Assembly (NCBI GenBank): GCA_002633005.1
Contig: NMRA01000153.1
Coordinates: 649,935-713,934, forward strand
From: Phoronis australis
Lineage: Eukaryota > Animalia > Phoronida
Direction: 5' to 3'
DNA: 64,000 nucleotides
This document shows positions 1-13,100 of the stretch, piece after piece (position 1 is the first letter of the stretch; the number at the start of each line of letters is the position of its first letter). The notes beneath the pieces are model-generated. The model had not been told where the DNA came from, made no database searches, and saw nothing but the letters and a program-made list of their open reading frames with translations. The position numbers and the translations under genes were made by a program.

Positions 1-1554
1 TATCCTGTTTGTCAGAACTGCACTGAGAACTTAACAGAACTAAAGCTTTTCTGAAGAAATTGCGCAATACTCAAGTTTACCACAACAAGTTGTTTACAAT
101 AACAAGTCCTGTTCTAGAATATTTGTGACTTTCAAAATAGTTAACTGTTATTAATTAACACAGTTGCTCACAAATTTAATTATCGATTAATCGTTACATA
201 ATTCTAACATTTTTCGTCAAAAATGTTACAACTTAGACAATGCGTACATGCACCATTTTCGAATTTGCAATTTTAGAATTGTCGAACCCCAATAAAACTC
301 GAGCATTATTTATATTTCTGGGGTCTGACAACCAACATGACCTCGCTGAAAGCAAAAAGTTGTTTACTATGAAGTAGTGACGTTCCATGACTCAGGCAAA
401 AACAAAAGTGTCCGGAAATCGAGATGTCTCGGAGAGTGATCTGTTAATTACTACTTAGAAAATTATTGTTCGCGAAAAGAAATCAACAAGGTAAGTGGAT
501 GTATGTGGGGAGTAACATTTATTTCTAATATCCTGTAAGTTTCATGTACCAGCGTCGGTGACGAATAGACAACTTATGTTCATTAAAAAGCCCTACTTCT
601 GTAGCCACAAATTTCCCTTGTGGATTCCATGGTTGAGCTTTTCGAAGCCATGGCTAGTGTTGGTACAAAAACTCTTGCTGTGCCAGCAACGTTGCGTAAT
701 CTGCACATACTGCAGGTTTGACAGTCAGATCAATCATGACATACATACGCAAAATTCACCTGAGCAACTAAATTGAGTCACATCACTAATGGCCTATGTG
801 TCACAGCATGATTTCTGCAGACTAGACTTCACAAACTGTAATCCCGTAGATGCACTCAACATGAATAATTCCAGTTATGGTACATAATTAATAACACTTG
901 GCTAAATGCGCATTACATTCGCGAATCATCCTTGCAGGATTCCATTTCGAACAGCTAAGGTTGAAAAACTACGTTGGTTGCCAGCATACGTGGGTACCTC
1001 AGTGAAATCCGTTTATGCAGTATAAGGGGTGTGTCTGTATGTCTCTCGTTGAGGTGAGCGATAAACAAACTCAGACATCGACAAATGACTAACCCGACGT
1101 TAGTCATCCGGATGAATCTGTTCGAACACTACAAATATACAAGTTGCACCACTGACCTTGAGAGTATGTTACCATTGTTTTATAAAAACTATGAAGACAA
1201 AAACGAAAAGCGGGCGGCCACAACCGTTCAATATCTAAGTCCGCTGAGTGACAATTATGACAATATGCATCAAAAACGAAAATAGAATGTACACACATAT
1301 TGAAATCCGAGCAATCTGAGCGGTACGCTCTTCGTATGCGGTGTTAAAAGTAAAAGGCTATTGACTGGAGGACGCAAAATAGACTAAACATTATGTAACA
1401 CATTACTGTCTTTCAGACTATTTTTTCTCCTCCGGACTATAAAATTTCACCTTTCACAGTACCATCCGGAACGTCCAGTTTTTATTATATGTGCACCGTC
1501 TATCTCCTGGCGTCTTCGTGTTTGCATCCAGTCGATGACGTCACGTCCATTGTT

Positions 1555-2032
1555 GGCCGTTGGGGGGAAAGTGTCGCCAGAAAAATACGAGGGTAGTTAT
1601 GTACATTACGCAGTTGTTTACGCCGTTAATTACGTCGTAAAATTACGAGCGTAATTTAATTCTTTACGGCTTTACGCTCGTTATTTAGTTTAAACTCTTA
1701 GTTCGATTTTTCAACTCCTCGCGCTCATGTAAATACTTATTTGCTGACGGGTTACATGTCCACGCTACGAGCGCTGAATCATGGTGGATCAAATCGCTGC
1801 TGCAGTGTCAGCGATTATGCAAGAACGAGCTGCACAGCAACAGTCGTGTATGTTAGGTTAACACTGATTGGTTTAAATTTGAAACGTTATTAAGGTATTT
1901 TACGATCGTAATTTACAGCGACATTTCCCCCATTTAATTTACGAGCCTAATTGTACGGCGACAGTTCTGCAATTTAATTTACACTAGTAATTACGAGCGT
2001 AATGTTACGGCGACACTTTCCCCTCAACGGCC
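1555..2032. mobile_element. Non-autonomous TIR element (MITE, Harbinger-like termini)
   Basis: GGCCGTTGGGGGGAAAGTGTCGCC at 1555 and its near-perfect reverse complement GGCGACACTTTCCCCTCAACGGCC ending 2032; many subterminal TTACG/CGTAA motifs; no clear TSD. Confidence 0.7.
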
Positions 2033-2180
2033 CACCATATTGTATCTGGTTACACGCTCTACCATGAAATATAACGGACACTATTACACATTTAATTAGT
2101 GTACCAGTAATTGGAGATTTTCTTCCCACTTAAGTAGAATTAAAAAAATTGCCATGCTAATTTTGAAACTCTGTCAGAAC

Positions 2181-2431
2181 CATGCGCGCACCAACCCTTC
2201 AATATGGGGGGGCTCGAATTCCCGACGTTGTGGACCTTTTAGTAATAACAAAAGCCGTCGGACTAAAAAAAAGAAAAGAAAAAAAGAAACGGGGGCACCT
2301 CTGTGCATTGCGCCTTTCCATTTGTTTAGTGGACTTCTGTCTCATTTACCTTCTCTGGGGCGGACCTTTTTCTTTTTGTCCACTTCGCCGAATGGGGGGG
2401 GGGGGGCTCGTTCGAGAACAGTGCGCGCATG
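2181..2431. mobile_element. MITE family A (CATGCGCGCAC termini), copy 1
   Basis: TIR CATGCGCGCAC...GTGCGCGCATG, flanks AGAAC/AGAAA (imperfect 5-bp TSD); internal sequence similar to copies at 6466 and 11253. Confidence 0.75.
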
Positions 2432-4529
2432 AGAAAAGTGCGTTCGGCAGACACACTTCTTGCGAGAAAAGCAAAAAGTGGCAAGACTTCGCTAGTTCTC
2501 GCCATATATTGCAAGCGAAGCACGTGACCACACTAGCTTCTTTGTCGAAATTCACGAGTCTATGAATATCTGTTCAATGATGAAAACAGATGAGCCTCCC
2601 GGTTGCATTTTGGTTCATCGGATAACTCAACAGAAGAAAAGCAGTTTTAGAAGGAAAGACAATCCGGCTTTACCACTGATAAACATTATTGTAACTGTAC
2701 CTTGAGCGGTAAAACAAGTCGGCCTAAATCTAATTCCTACAATGGGTTCAGCATCATTCGGAGCACACTTTTAAGAGTTTAAATTGCCAAATATGATGAA
2801 CGGTCAGGCTTAATGCCTGATTTTCATCTGCGAAAGTTCTCAGCTGCGAGCAGCACCCGCACGTTGGTGTTCTATCCCCTTGGTACCCACCAAAGATATA
2901 AATATATACTTCTACTTCGGGTAGCGGCGAATGTTCAAAACTGCCGTGACTGAAATTAGCCGTTCACTTTTTTTCTCGACTAGACACAAAAGACACGAAA
3001 AGGCTTCTGCACGTATCATTGCTTTTTATGCTAACACGTTACAGCTAGGACTATCTGGACACACCAATACCTATAGAACAACAAAAATCCTTTCGAGGAA
3101 GGCTTTAAATTTCTAAACAGAATAACATTCTGTGCAGGCAACCCTGAAAATTTAGAACAAGTCTGAAAAGTCCTTATACTTTATAAATTCCGCTGGTTGA
3201 GATCACCAGACAGAGTTAGGTGTCCTTTAATAATGCAGAACACTTGTGCAAACTGCTTTTTAAGTTCAAACTGACCTGTAAAGTTTGACGTTTACTCTCA
3301 AGTGTTTTCAAGCTCCACAATCTACATTGTGTTTGTTTCCTGCAAAAGTGTTTGTCAATACATACTCAAAGCGTACCGAGAGTGGCGTAGACATTATTCC
3401 GCGTATCGACCGATACTTTACGCCAATCGAGATAGTTTTGTATTTATCCCATACTCTTCGAATTCCTAACTTTCATTTTTTTCGGAAGATTTTAAATACT
3501 TCACCCAGACTGTTCACGTGGCGGATCACATCCTATATATAGCCTACCCGATATTATATGTACTTTCTCGTTAGGTTACAAGTTTTCTCTATTAAAATAA
3601 AGTTTTAAATGTAACGATTTGTTACTTGAAAAGAGATAACAAAAATGAAAACAAAGGCAATTGTGCATATCCCGAAAATAATTAAATAACAACAATATCT
3701 AATACTGCAGTTACCGAGGAATCGGAGCCCGAGTTGCAGACGATATAATATTTAGCAAATAAAACTGAGACAGAAGTGTCATATAATTAACTGTTTTGTT
3801 CCAGATGTTATTTTTAGACCTGATTGCATGTTGAGTGTTATTCAAACTGCTGCAATTTTATTACTTTAAACTATTTTGGGAAAGTTTGATGATCGAACCG
3901 GCTAACGACGTCGAGTCTACATTGGCCTACCTTTTGAACTTTCCATGTCAGAGAGCACGGTTAAAGTAGTCCGGGAGTGCAAGACGGAAAACAATATTAC
4001 ATGCATGCGCGGCGCACCACAGGGGGCTGGGGGGGGGGGGGTGGCTACAGACCCCCACTTTTTCAGTGCTGCGTCGTCCATGGTCTATGGGCGGTGCACC
4101 ACAGGGGGGCTGGGGGGCTATAGGCCCCCACCTTTCTTAGTGCTGCGACGCCGATGACATGGCCGTATTGCACTCGACTTACTCAACGCGTATGGGATAA
4201 ATTAATTACCAAGTCAGTAGTGGAAAATGTTTGTTTTCCCAGGACGAATTATAAATATATGTCACATGATACAACGTGACTTGCCATTACTGAGTCTAGC
4301 TAAACGCCCTTCACGTCGTGTAATTAGGTAAAACGAGATTATCTCTCGACTTTAATATCGCTTTCCTCAATAAAATTGACAATAACATGCCCCGCATCTG
4401 AAAAACATGTGTTATGACTCGGTAATTATTCTCTGACGCACTTTAATAGGAAAAGCGCAGTACAATCTACATTGTTAAATTTTATTGTGCACAGTGTAAT
4501 GGCCACTACTGACTGATCTCGGAACGGGG

Positions 4530-4900
4530 TTTCATCTTTGAAATTGTTCTTGGGATTTTCTCTCTTCTTTTGTGCAAACTCGAGACGAGTGTCTATTGTT
4601 CTGTGTTCGCATACGTAATGACTTTAGTAGATAACTATATAATCCTAGTTTGCACTTAATAAGCCCATCGTTGAGGCTAAATTTTTGTGTCTGAACTCAA
4701 AATTTCGAGTTTTACTCGAAATCTCGAATTTTTACTCTAGTATTTAGCTCGAATATAGCGATCATCAAATGCGAACTTGGACTAGAAACTCGTATGCATA
4801 AACCATATTGTATTGGAGTACAGAATAATAGACACTTATCTGGAGTTCACACAAAAATAAAATAGAAATGTCAGAAATAATTTAGAGTTCAATCTCGAAT
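4530..4900. mobile_element. Degenerate inverted-repeat element (old MITE)
   Basis: cttttgtgcaaactcgagacgagtgtctattgttctgtgttc (~4567-4608) is the degenerate reverse complement of gagtacagaataatagacacttatctggagttcacacaaaa (~4816-4857). Confidence 0.45.
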
Positions 4901-5070
4901 ACAAAAGTTAGATCTGGGACCCTTATAGATTTCAATTTTGTTAATTCTTAAGCAGTGCTACTAATGAAAGCAAGCTTAGCAAATTACATGTAAAGGTATA
5001 AAACACCAATTTATTATTTACCAACTGTTTGTATTTTTACTTGTAGTAGGCTACGGAAAACATTGAAGAC

Positions 5071-5431
5071 AGAGTGATACTGAGGAGCTATTTATTTAAG
5101 CTTGCGATGGTCAGCATATTGTAGAGTGATACTGATGAGCTGTATTATAAAACTTGCAATAGTCATAATTGTAGAGTGATATTGAAGAGATTATCATAAA
5201 GCTTGCGATGGTCATCACATTGTAGAGTGATACTGAAGAGTTGTATTATTAAGCTTGCGATGGTCATCATATTGTAGAGTGATACTGAAGAGTTGTATTA
5301 TAAAGTATGCTATGGCCAGCATATTGTAGAGTGATACTGATGAGGTGTATTATAAAGCTTGCAATAGCCTTCCCGTAATTGTAGAGTGATATTGAAGAGT
5401 TGTATTATAAAGCTTGCAGTGGTCATCATAT
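5071..5431. repeat. Minisatellite, ~52-bp unit, ~7 copies
   Basis: Unit ~gtagagtgatactgaagagttgtattataaagcttgcgatggtcatcatatt recurring at 5121, 5171, 5222, 5274, 5326, 5381. Confidence 0.9.
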
Positions 5432-6465
5432 CTTTCTGACATAATGATTACCCGAAAATTTTAGGCTAGCACGGCGTGTCATTTTATCTGAAAATGCGAC
5501 CGGAAAAGAGTTGTCGCTTAATTGAGTGCAAGGTGGTGGTCATTTACATTCACGTGTGGGTACCACAAATACAATATATGTAGTGGAACAGAGAACTATC
5601 TCTGCATTGAAACCTGTGTCAATCCCCTGCCTTGTTAATTTAGCTTGAGTATGGTGTTAGGAACACATATCCAGGGGAAGTAATTGTACTTCTAATTAAT
5701 GCGACCTATACCAAATGTTGCAATGTAATATGTACAAATGAGCTTAGCTCCAATTGCAAATAAACAACCTCTTTCTCTCTCTCAATGCCACGAAACCACT
5801 CAACACTATCCACAAAAGCCTTAAAGCACCACAGCACTCACTTTGAGTGGTAAGGTACACATAGTTCAATTTCCAAGGAAATGCGTTTTTTGCGCGTGGT
5901 CGAATGTTTTTGCTCTGCGTGTTGTTTTGAGCAGAGAGGTAAGGTTTTAAAGATCCTATAGCTTTTCTGAGCCATACACAGTGTTTGGGCGTTCGGTGAG
6001 CCGTGATTTATTGTCTGTGAGCTGTTGTTTTGTAAGAAGGAGAACGGAGTCTACAAGTCCGTGAGCCATATTCATAAGTCACGAAGGAACTATGTTGACG
6101 AGTTTGGTGGCCGTGATTTTCGTGAAGCAACTAACGTTTGTATTGTGTCACTGGAGATTTAAAGCATCTAACCTATCAAAATATTGTCAACAACAAAAAT
6201 ACGACTCTATCGAACAGATCCGGGAACACTGATCCCCGAGTAACTTTGTCAATAGCTCTACCGACAGCTTTGAGTTTAATTTTTAAATATACCTACATAG
6301 ACACTGGGAATCCGGAAAGTATTGGTAAAACTCAAATAAGTGGCGCATACACGAGGCGTCGAAAAAAGTAAAGCCATACACGTATGTCCGGTTTCTTCTT
6401 ATTTACTCTGATGAAATCTGATCGGTTGGATGTAGGGAGAGTCACTGTACTTGAAAAGAGAACAG

Positions 6466-6691
6466 CATGCGCGCACCCAGCCTAAACTATAGGGGGCTCG
6501 AATTTTTGTGAATGTGGACCTTTTACTAAAAAACGGAGTATGTTCAGAGCACTGATTTGTGCATTCGCCGAATTCCTGCCTTTTCAGTGGACTTTTGTCT
6601 CGTTTTCTCGGACTTGTTGTTTCTCTGGCTTACCTTTTTGCCCACTTCGCCAAATGGGGGACTCGTTCGAACCCCCCCGGGTGCGCGCATG
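6466..6691. mobile_element. MITE family A, copy 2, with 5-bp TSD
   Basis: AACAG|CATGCGCGCACCC...GGGTGCGCGCATG|AACAG. Confidence 0.8.
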
Positions 6692-7896
6692 AACAGCCTA
6701 ATGCGCTTTCCGCCGTAAGTGCCCTTTACACATGACTAACATAAATACACACAAATCATGGATATTAGATGTACAAAAACATGAGATAACGACAGACCAT
6801 TCCAGCTGTGACGTGAAGTCAACGTGGAACATAAGTAAACAAATGGATCTACGCGTATGCGCCTGTTTGCAAAATAAAGGACCAAGTGTTGAAGAGTATG
6901 GAGTTAACAAAATCAATTGACATTTGTTCAGTTATAATGCCAAATGTTTAAAGAAAGGACATATCGGAGTTTACCGCAAAGGCAGCATATCAAATACAGG
7001 CTCATGGGCTTATACACGGATTTTTTTCCGAATACATGTGGCATGCCAACGAAGCCACAATTAATTTTCCCACGATTTGTAGGGTTTTCTTAAAAAATAC
7101 AGTGTCAAAGGAAAAAAAAAACAAAGCTTTATGGGAATTAAGACCTTCTGTTAATTGTGTGTGTGTGTGTTTGTGCGCGTGGGTGCGGCATTAAACTTGT
7201 GATTTCGGCCACTTACGGTTATAACATTCGTACTTTCTTGTTCCGTAATCTACTCAATTCAGAAATGATCTCTAGGCTCTGAGAACTGGAAGTTCTTTAT
7301 TTTTTTAGACCATGCTAATCATTTCGGGTCACGTGGTCAATGGTAGTACCTTTAATACAGGTTTGTCATGCAGGGCCGATTCGAAACGTCATATATTAGT
7401 AATCAGATCAATATGAAACTTCCAGATAATCTGTTTTACGCACTGCTATCCAAAGCGAATTGCTGGCCTTTTAAAACGCTTCACTTTTGCATGACCGGTT
7501 GTAAAAATAGAACTAATTAATGACTTTCATATAAAAAAATCAAAAGTTGCCTCAAAAACGGAAACAAAATGATAATTTAGAAAACTGTAATAGCATTTTT
7601 GATATTTCATCTTGTGAACATTCCTATCAAAGTTAACTCCCTCAAACAGTCATATTATTGATACAGCGGTTGTGATATGAATGCCGTTGAATTTTTGACA
7701 AACTTAATTCAAAAAGGAAATTGTCACGCGACCCAATTAAAGGTAGATTGGTATAAAGTCAAACAATCAAATTTTCCAGGCTTTCTATTTCCAGAAAATA
7801 GTTTTACAGAGTTAAAATCAATTTGTATATATTTGGCAAAATACACATTCGTAATGACAAGATTCTGATAACCTTATAATCAATCATTCTCATTAA

Positions 7897-8383
7897 AGAG
7901 GCATGGGACGCGAAAGCTCCCAAAATAACTTTTAAACAATTCCTGAGGAAAGTAATATCTTGCAACGTCTAGTACACAATAATTCACTTTCCCGTGAGGA
8001 AATTTCGAGAAATAATACGCCAGCAAGAAAAACTCTGTGGTTACCACAGAATTTCTAATCTCCCTCCCACTTATGGTAAAATGCTTGAAGTCGCTTGAGG
8101 TTAAAGGTCACATTTTCCATATTAGAGAAATGTACTAGGTCTATGTCTTGTCATACCAAATAAGGAGACCTGCTTTGCCTTGTGGGAGAAAAATCGACAA
8201 AGTGCCAAGCAATTGACATTTTTTGATATTTGAAACTAAAGGAAAATGCTTTGATATGAAGAGAAATTAAAATCCTTACAACAAACCCTAAAAATACCTG
8301 GTGAACAGGTTGAATTCTGTTTCAGTGGCAGAGAACCACTTTCAATATTGCAATTTAGTCTGTTTATTGGCTTCCAGGCCTCT
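7897..8383. mobile_element. Kolobok-like non-autonomous element (TTAA TSD)
   Basis: TTAA|AGAGGCATGGGA...TTCCAGGCCTCT|TTAA; purine-purine 5' terminus and TTAA target typical of Kolobok rather than piggyBac. Confidence 0.65.
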
Positions 8384-8655
8384 TTAATGCCATTATTTCT
8401 AATGTATATTACAAACACATCACTGGAGTAGTCTCCGAAGATTCCTTACAAAATGATTTCCAAGACAGTTGAATCTTGTGGTTTTCTCACATATCACAAA
8501 TGGCCAACAGAACGACACTTTTGCAAGATCAAACCAATAAATGACCCCTGCTGCTTTCTCCCTCTCCATGAAGCCTGCAGGATGTAAATTCTACTACCCT
8601 ATGTTTGTATACGAGAAAATTGCAAATCCATAAGAAAATGCTCTTAATGCACAGG

Positions 8656-8970
8656 CACAGGCGGATTTAGGGGGGAGGCCCAGGGGGCCCGGGTCCCCCC
8701 TTTGACTGCCGCAAGCACAATGGAAGAGCAACAGCGTGAAGCATTAGGAAATATTGTGTCCAGGAGCTGGGACCGGTAGCAGACGAAGGGGAGGAGGGGG
8801 GCTCAGACCCGTTTTTTTCTTAGTCTGCCGATAGATTTTCTGAAGAGAAGACCTACATCTTCGGTCCCCGCAACATTCAGGCCACCTGTGCACATACAAT
8901 TGCACTTTTCCCCAATTCCCCTGAGGATGTTGGGTTGGGCCCCCCTTATGGTATCCTAGATCTGCCACTG
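8656..8970. mobile_element. MITE family B (CAGTGGCGGATC-type termini) with 5-bp TSD
   Basis: ACAGG|CACAGGCGGATTTAGGGGG...CCTAGATCTGCCACTG|ACAGG. Confidence 0.75.
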
Positions 8971-10189
8971 ACAGGGGCATGTTTTTGGCATTTTGCAGAA
9001 CATGAATTTTCGGTAAATCTCCAGTGTGGGACAGTATGAAAAAAATAATCATTTTGCTTAAGGTCGCATCTTGTACCCAGAGGGGAGAGTAATCTTTTCA
9101 GACATAACTACAGGTCCCGTGATGTGACCAACATATGGTGTGCATGAAGACTAATAATTCTTACTTATAACAAATCAACGGGCTGATTTATGACAGCTAA
9201 ATTATAAACTTGTACAAAAATTTACATACAGCAAATTCAAGAATCAAGATAACAACAATCTTCACCTCAGTCACACTATTGGGATGCATAAAGACATTGT
9301 ATTGCTGGCCACGATTTTGTGAATTGCCAAGTCTATTCTCAGCCTTTGCTGATACAAAACGCAATGTCCAATATTTTAGAAATTGAATGCGTGCCAACAT
9401 CATCCATATCCTAATCTTCAGAATCGAGAAAATATCAATTTCAGCTTGGATTTCGGTGTCACAAACACACACATGTATTGGAGACCGTCTTGAAGTGGAG
9501 AACTTTTAACATAGTCCCCCGTTTAGCCAGAGATCACCAAGATCCACGCGCCTGTTCTAGGTGATCAGTCGTTTCAAGACTTGTCCATTCTCTCTCACAC
9601 TAAAACAGCCTGACAATACATTTGCTTGAATGTATACTCCCATCATATGGCCACTATGAGACCCCTTGTTTCTCACTTCCATCAGGCACAGAGAAACAAT
9701 TTCTTTCAACATGTCTTTACACTTAATGTCATGCTTTAATACAGAATACTATCAGAGCAGTTCCAGTGCATAGCTTGTGAATGCATGTAACGCAATACAT
9801 AAACTGCATACAAATACCCAAGCAAATACAGTCCCTGAATAATTTTTTTATCATTAAATACTGAAGTCACAATGTTTGGCACTTGATTTCACATCCTCAT
9901 TGTACAATCCCCTTGTCTGCATATCATCTTAATACCGTGTGCAATAAATATAAATTCAAGTTCTCATTCTTCCATTGATCAACTATAGATTCAAAATTTT
10001 GAAAAAGTCGGTGCAGACAGCAGCACAGGTTCTTGTATCTAATGGATGTATGAAATATTTGCCTGCAGAAACATCCAAGTATGCCACAGAACCATCTATG
10101 CTGACAACTGTTGCCTCGGATACACCTGACTTGAAAAGTCATCAACCCATTGATATTTCGTGAACGTCACGGTTTTCATAATTACTAAA

Positions 10190-13100
10190 TTAATTGGGAG
10201 GTTTTTTCTTCTGTTCAAGATTCATTTCCTTGAGACCTTTCTGTAACTCAGCCTTAAACGTCCTTCCGAAATTGTTAAGTCTATTGTCAACTTCTATTTG
10301 GCGAATTTTTTCTAGCCTTTCCTCACCTAAAACAATTAAACGTGTTTAGTAACAATAACGAGTATTTATTTAGAAGAATATAATGAGATTGAAATCAATG
10401 AGTGTTCCTGAGGTTGTCATCCTGAATGACTCATTTAAAACACAAGACTTACAAATGAGAATTCTTGCACTACTTTTGGCTAATTTGCCACTGTGGATTC
10501 TTTTTTCACCAGATTTTGCATTATCATTTCATTATGATTTCTCCTTTTTTCAGTATACTTTAGTAAAGCCCATCATTCAAACATGTGGTGTTGAAAATCT
10601 GATACGATGCATTGCCTACAATCTTAAATTCATTTTATTCTAGTTGTGATTGGGTTTAATAAACAGGGCAACTGTCTGGTAATAGACATAGACAAGGTAA
10701 TCGGCAATGGTCAGATATAATATACCTGAATTCTGAGATCCAGTTTTCTCCACTGAATAACGAGTACCCAACTGGTTCTCATAATAGGGGTACGTTACAT
10801 CTGACTATTGCCTAGACAACAGTAAAACAAACAGAGTCAACATAATAAATTACTTACAAATCTTTGAACACAACTTTTCGTAACCAAAGAGAGAAGTAAA
10901 ATAGTAAAAGTTCAGTACTTTAAATATTTGAGATATGTCCTTGACAATGAACAAACGTATGTTCAAGGATCCTTAATTAATACACTGATGTAGGCTCCAT
11001 GTGTAATACTTCAGTTGTCTACGTCAATAAGCAGACAGTTGTTCTATGCATTAAACCCAATCACAAGGTTTAACTCTGTCAACCAGAATGGAACAAATTC
11101 AAAATTGTATGCAACGCATCTTGTCAGATTTTCAACACCACATTTTTCTCAGTTTACATTGGTATATAATTGTGCATTACAATCTGGTCAATCTTTAAAA
11201 CTTTATTATTGAGACTTAAACTTTATGTAAGAAGGCAGCCAAGTTCACCTGCCATGCACGCACCCAGCCTAAAAAATATTCACATGGTACGTTCAGAGCT
11301 ATAAATTGTGCATTCGTGGAACTTTGGTAGTTCCTGTCTTCTTAGTGGACTTTTGTCTCATTTTCTACTTATTTCGGAGTTTTTGTTTCTCTGAGGCGGA
11401 CCTTTTTGCCCACTTCGCTCGTTCAAGCCCCCCCTGGGTGCGCGCATGGCTGCTCATGAAAGATATTGTAAAATGTCAAATTTCACTTTGTTATGCAGTT
11501 GTGTACTGTTTGAAACTTTTACAATTTTAACTCTTTTTTGCTCAAGGAATGTCTAGTTTATAACAAGAAGAAACTCATGTATCAAACAGAGACAGAATCT
11601 CAGCATGTCCTGATGTTTCTTTTCTACATTATTTAACTTGTATAATCTAACATCAAACATTAAAAAATACACAACAAAAGTATATAAATAAAATGAGTAA
11701 ATATACAAACCAACGGCCCTCCCTCTGTGAAATAAGTAGGCTGTCAGTTGAGCAGCTCTCCTGATAGGATAAGAATCAGCTAGCTGGAAGAAAGAAAGGG
11801 TCATCATAAAGTAATACATACAAATAGAATAGTGTAAACAGTGAGCCTCCCTCAAATACAATTGTGTAAACAAGGAGTCTCCCTCAAATAGAATTGTGTA
11901 AACAGTGAGTCTCCCTCAAATAGAATTGTGTAAACAGTGAGCCTCCCTCAAATAGAACAGTGTGAACAGTGAGCCTCCCTCAAATAGAACAGTGTGAACA
12001 GTGAGCCACCCTCAAATAGAACAATGTGAACAATGAGCCTCCCTCAAATAGAACAGTGTGAACAGTGAGCCACCCTCAAATAGAACAATGTGAACAATGA
12101 GCCTCCCTCAAATAGAACAATGTGAACAATGAGCCTCCCTCAAATAGAACAGTGTAAACAGTGAGCCACCCGCAAAATCATTCTTGGTGTGTTTATCTTG
12201 GTCTTACAATACCAGGACAAACTTATTGAGGGATTATTTTAGAAAAAAAAAACATTGCTGTGGGTCAATTGACCAATTTAGAACCTCAAATCTATGAATC
12301 TTTTAACACACAACAAAAACTGACGAGGATGGATTTGCAGGATTGGAGTCGTCCAATCCTGAATCCAGAAAGTGTCACGAAGACGACCATCTTCTCGATA
12401 GTTGGTAATGGATAGCTACCTGTTTGAACTTAAAAGTAGTAACAGTGATGAGCTGAACTTGCGGCTGCTTGAAATGTCACTAAAATAAAGCGATCTCTAC
12501 AGATTGTTTATCAACGTCTGAAGGTGCTGCATTGGATGACCAATATTCCATAATACTTTGTCCTTATGATGTCTCACACTATTTGCAAAAACATCAATAA
12601 GCAGATTGTCCTTGCCTGACTGCATTGTAATCTACCCAATCACATGAGCCCATTGCTGGATTCCGCATTTCACTGTGAGCCAGGATGCTATGATTATTCA
12701 CACATACACACATTACTAGATCAGCTGTTCTGCTTTAAATTTCACATTTGAATGCATTGTGTACTAGTGCCATGCCAAAACAAAACAAGTCATGAAAAAT
12801 AAGTCACGAAAGTTCACGCAAACTTAAAGTTCTAGTTGACCTGAGCTACGCAACCATAGTTCATCACTGAAGTTGTTAAAGTGCTTAAAGCCACCATTTA
12901 CATTGTTTTGACAAGTGACTACATTGTAAACAAGTGACTACATTGTAAACAAGTGACTACATTGTAAACAAGTGACTACATTGTAAACAAGTGACTACAT
13001 TGTAAACAAGTGACTAAATTGTAAACAAGTGACTACATTGTAAACAAGTGACTACATTGTAAACAAGTGACTACATTGTAAACAAGTGACTACATTGTAA

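Noticed and set aside
9197-10163. Short ORFs downstream of the NCBP2AS2 stop (possible bicistronic partner)
   Set aside because: No long frame or recognisable motif; consistent with 3' UTR.
10726-10804. Possible extra NCBP2AS2 exon (SDVTYPYYENQLG…) with AG/GT ends
   Set aside because: Lies within a palindromic repeat with another copy at ~36776; phases of flanking exons already match without it.
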